From positions 84,508,001 to 84,572,000 of the forward strand of contig NW_024704742.1 of the NCBI RefSeq assembly GCF_018977255.1: a stretch of 64,000 nt of DNA. The letters run 5' to 3'. The position numbers and the translations under genes were made by a program. Positions 61,688-64,000 of the stretch are shown one piece after another. The notes beneath the pieces were generated by a model that saw only the letters and a list, made by a program, of their open reading frames with translations, ran no database searches and was not told the origin of the DNA. Each line of letters starts with the position of its first letter. The stretch's first letter is position 1. The DNA is from Callorhinchus milii (lineage: Eukaryota).

Positions 61688-62037
61688 CTTTACATTTGAT
61701 ACAGTATCTATTAATGATCAAAGATGCTTCACAGGTTATTGTTGTCAAACGTAGTGACTGTGTTTGTGGAAAGACACAGCAGCCAGATTGGTACAAAGCA
61801 AAGTCCCAAAAACATCAATGAAGTAAATGATCAGAATACTGGGAGAATCTCCCTTCACTTTTCCAATGGTGCTATGGGACTACATCAATAGTGCTATATT
61901 AACATCCACATGAAGAGGTAGATGGAATCTCAGGTTAATGTGTCATGGAAAATGAGCTTCACAGTCCCAGTGAGGGTCTTGAACCTACAAGCTACTGACT
62001 CAGAGGCAAAAGGTTAGTAACTGAGCCAAGTTGACAC
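61688..62037 (-). mobile_element. Older Deu-SINE, decayed
   Basis: Tail, partial core and head (cttgaacctacaa..tgactcagaggc..actgagcca). Confidence 0.7.
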
Positions 62038-63260
62038 CTATGATCTTTCTTGAGTCCAGCTCAAGTCTCCTCCTCGCTTAGGTCAATTGGTGACTAATAT
62101 ATATTCTATTTTTTTCACCAAAGAATTTGGCGCACCATATATGACTTAGCAGTGACATAGTATTCAGTAACATGGCCACACATACTCACAATTGCTCTTC
62201 AAAGTTTTGTTTTATCTCATTATAATTAATCTCTCTGCTATGTGAGTAAGGATTAATTGGGAGCTTCAAATAGTCCATTTATCAAGTAACATCCTGTTTG
62301 GGTTACTTGGCGACAGGTTACTCAAGCTTCATGTTAATATTTCTGTCATATCACAAAATGAAGTAAGGCTTTCATAACTGGTAACACCAGACACGTTGAG
62401 ATTGTTTGATCAATTAGAAATCAATTGCAGCAGCAGAAGATCCCAGCAGTGGGCAGTTGGGCTAAGTCACACAATTAAGCTTTTTTTCTTCCCTCTAGAG
62501 ATCAGTCAAGTGAAGAGGTTCAGATCCCAAGTATAAACTACTTCTAGGTGATTTCTCCAGTTATGTTCCCAGGATTTCAGTCAAGGCAGGAATGGCTTGG
62601 GATGTGTGGGGCAAAAGTAACCTATTTTGCTCTGCATAGTTATGACAAGGGCCAAACGGAGCTCACTCTGGGAGGACAAAGCAAGTCCAGTTAAAGACCA
62701 GGACTAATGAGTTAATGGAAGTCAGCAGTCTATTTCGGAAAGAACTAGTCTCAGTGTGCATCACTACCATACATGGGATTCAAGGAGAAGGACGTGGGGG
62801 GTTGAGAGTGAGCTATTTGTTTGCTATTACTCATTTGGTTATGGTTTGCTTTGGTTTATGTGTGAATAAAACACATATTTGTGTTCCCAAAGTATCTTTA
62901 TTTGCTTGTTTATAGCTGCAAAGCACTGTCTTCTCTCATCGTGATGCTTAAAGTTGCATTTATTAGAATCAGTGATAGCGTTCATTGTGGTGCACCGCAC
63001 AGACAGGTGCAAAATAATTAATTTTACAGACAGTTTCTGAAACAAGTGATACCTTGGGCTTGGTTTTGTTTGGGGGCAACTTACATTTGGTGACAACCAA
63101 CCAAGAGCAATGCTACAATCAAGAGTTGAGATATCAAGGGTGATAATTATCACATCACACAGGTCATGCTTAACAACAACAACTTGCATTTATATAGCGC
63201 CTTTCACACGGGGTAGCATCCCTGAGCCTGATGATGGGGAAAGATGGGGAAGGGGAAGAC

Positions 63261-63571
63261 AATAATAATAATAATCCTTGCATTTGATATAGCGCTTTTC
63301 GTCAGGAGGATGTCCCAAAGCGCTTCACAGAATATACTGTAAAGTGAATTGACTGCATATTTGTGGGCGAACGCGGCAGCCAATTGCGCACAGCAATGTC
63401 CCACAAACAGTCGTAGATTGAAAATGACCAATTTATTATTTTTTGTTTTGGAGGGATTATTATTAGGTGTGTGGAGTAAGGAAACTTGCCCAAGGTTTCG
63501 CCCTGCCTGGAATTGAACTCGGGTCTCTCGCTTGCAAAGCGAGTGCTCTAACCACTGAGCTACAGGACTCC
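63261..63571 (-). mobile_element. Young full-length tRNA(Ala-like) SINE
   Basis: Reverse complement gives A and B boxes, an anticodon-like arm ctcgc-tttgcaa-gcgag, and the standard tail. Confidence 0.95.
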
Positions 63572-64000
63572 ACAGGACAAGGCGGAGGGATAGAGGAAGA
63601 GTGTTCTAGAGTTTGGGGGCAGGGTAGTTGAAAGCGCAGCCACCAATGGTGGAACATAGGTCGCAAGGGACATGCAGGAGGCCGGAGACAGTCAATGTTT
63701 ATCCCTGCTGTGTTAATCTTCTGGGGAGGCGATTTGTCACACTGCTGAAAAGCATCTTTGTGCCAGAGTTCACCAGGGAAGAGAAAACAAGAGAGGGGAA
63801 TGTATTCAATAGATGTTTATTTTTTGTAATAGCTTTTGTACATAGTTCCACCCATTAAATAAATATTTCCCCAGCTACCAGGCTTCTCACACAAGTCTTT
63901 TCTAGCCTACAACATTATCAGAAAAAAAACTCAGTACACGCAGTCAGTCATTCCCTGTCACTCCAGCCTGTAACCTGCAAGACTGAAAGTTCAAATGTAA

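Noticed and set aside
63500..63571. tRNA-Ala(TGC) gene (also heads at 8981, 33209, 37265, 61098)
   Set aside because: A/B boxes and an anticodon arm are present, but the T and acceptor stems do not close and the sequence runs into a SINE body. These are SINE heads.
1..64000. CRISPR array, retron or other prokaryote-type RT system
   Set aside because: The recurrent 36-bp palindrome is dispersed, on both strands and attached to LINE/SINE ends, not arrayed with spacers. All RT motifs are L2 or CR1.

Overview
Vertebrate nuclear DNA. The repeat repertoire (L2, CR1 and tRNA/Deu-type SINEs, with no Alu- or L1-like sequence recognised) is most consistent with a cartilaginous fish such as a chimaera or shark, which is an inference. 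Only one host gene segment is recognisable: the terminal coding exon and 3' UTR of LURAP1L on the + strand (acceptor AG at 10999-11000, stop at 11388-11390, AATAAA at 11747 and 11772). Bases 1-11000 are therefore probably intron and the rest downstream intergenic DNA. Most of the longer ORFs in the track are decayed L2 or CR1 ORF2 pieces, SINE read-throughs or low-complexity sequence. I see no evidence for a new multi-gene biological system. The interesting signal is in retroelement mechanics: (1) a SINE::L2 nested junction at 13.7 kb that reappears inverted in the intron at 3.0-3.6 kb, with an 8-bp direct repeat and several internal skips; (2) a 3' stem-loop shared by L2 and SINE families, with compensatory base changes; (3) an L2 and a CR1 both inserted into that same SINE stem-loop; (4) L2 tail-only insertions of about 20-70 bp, one with an empty-site paralogue; (5) a decayed antisense 28S rRNA domain V fragment; (6) several local duplications, an unclassified inverted repeat pair, a MITE candidate and some candidate enhancers. 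Element boundaries were read by eye and are approximate. Family assignments rest on remembered motifs, not database searches.
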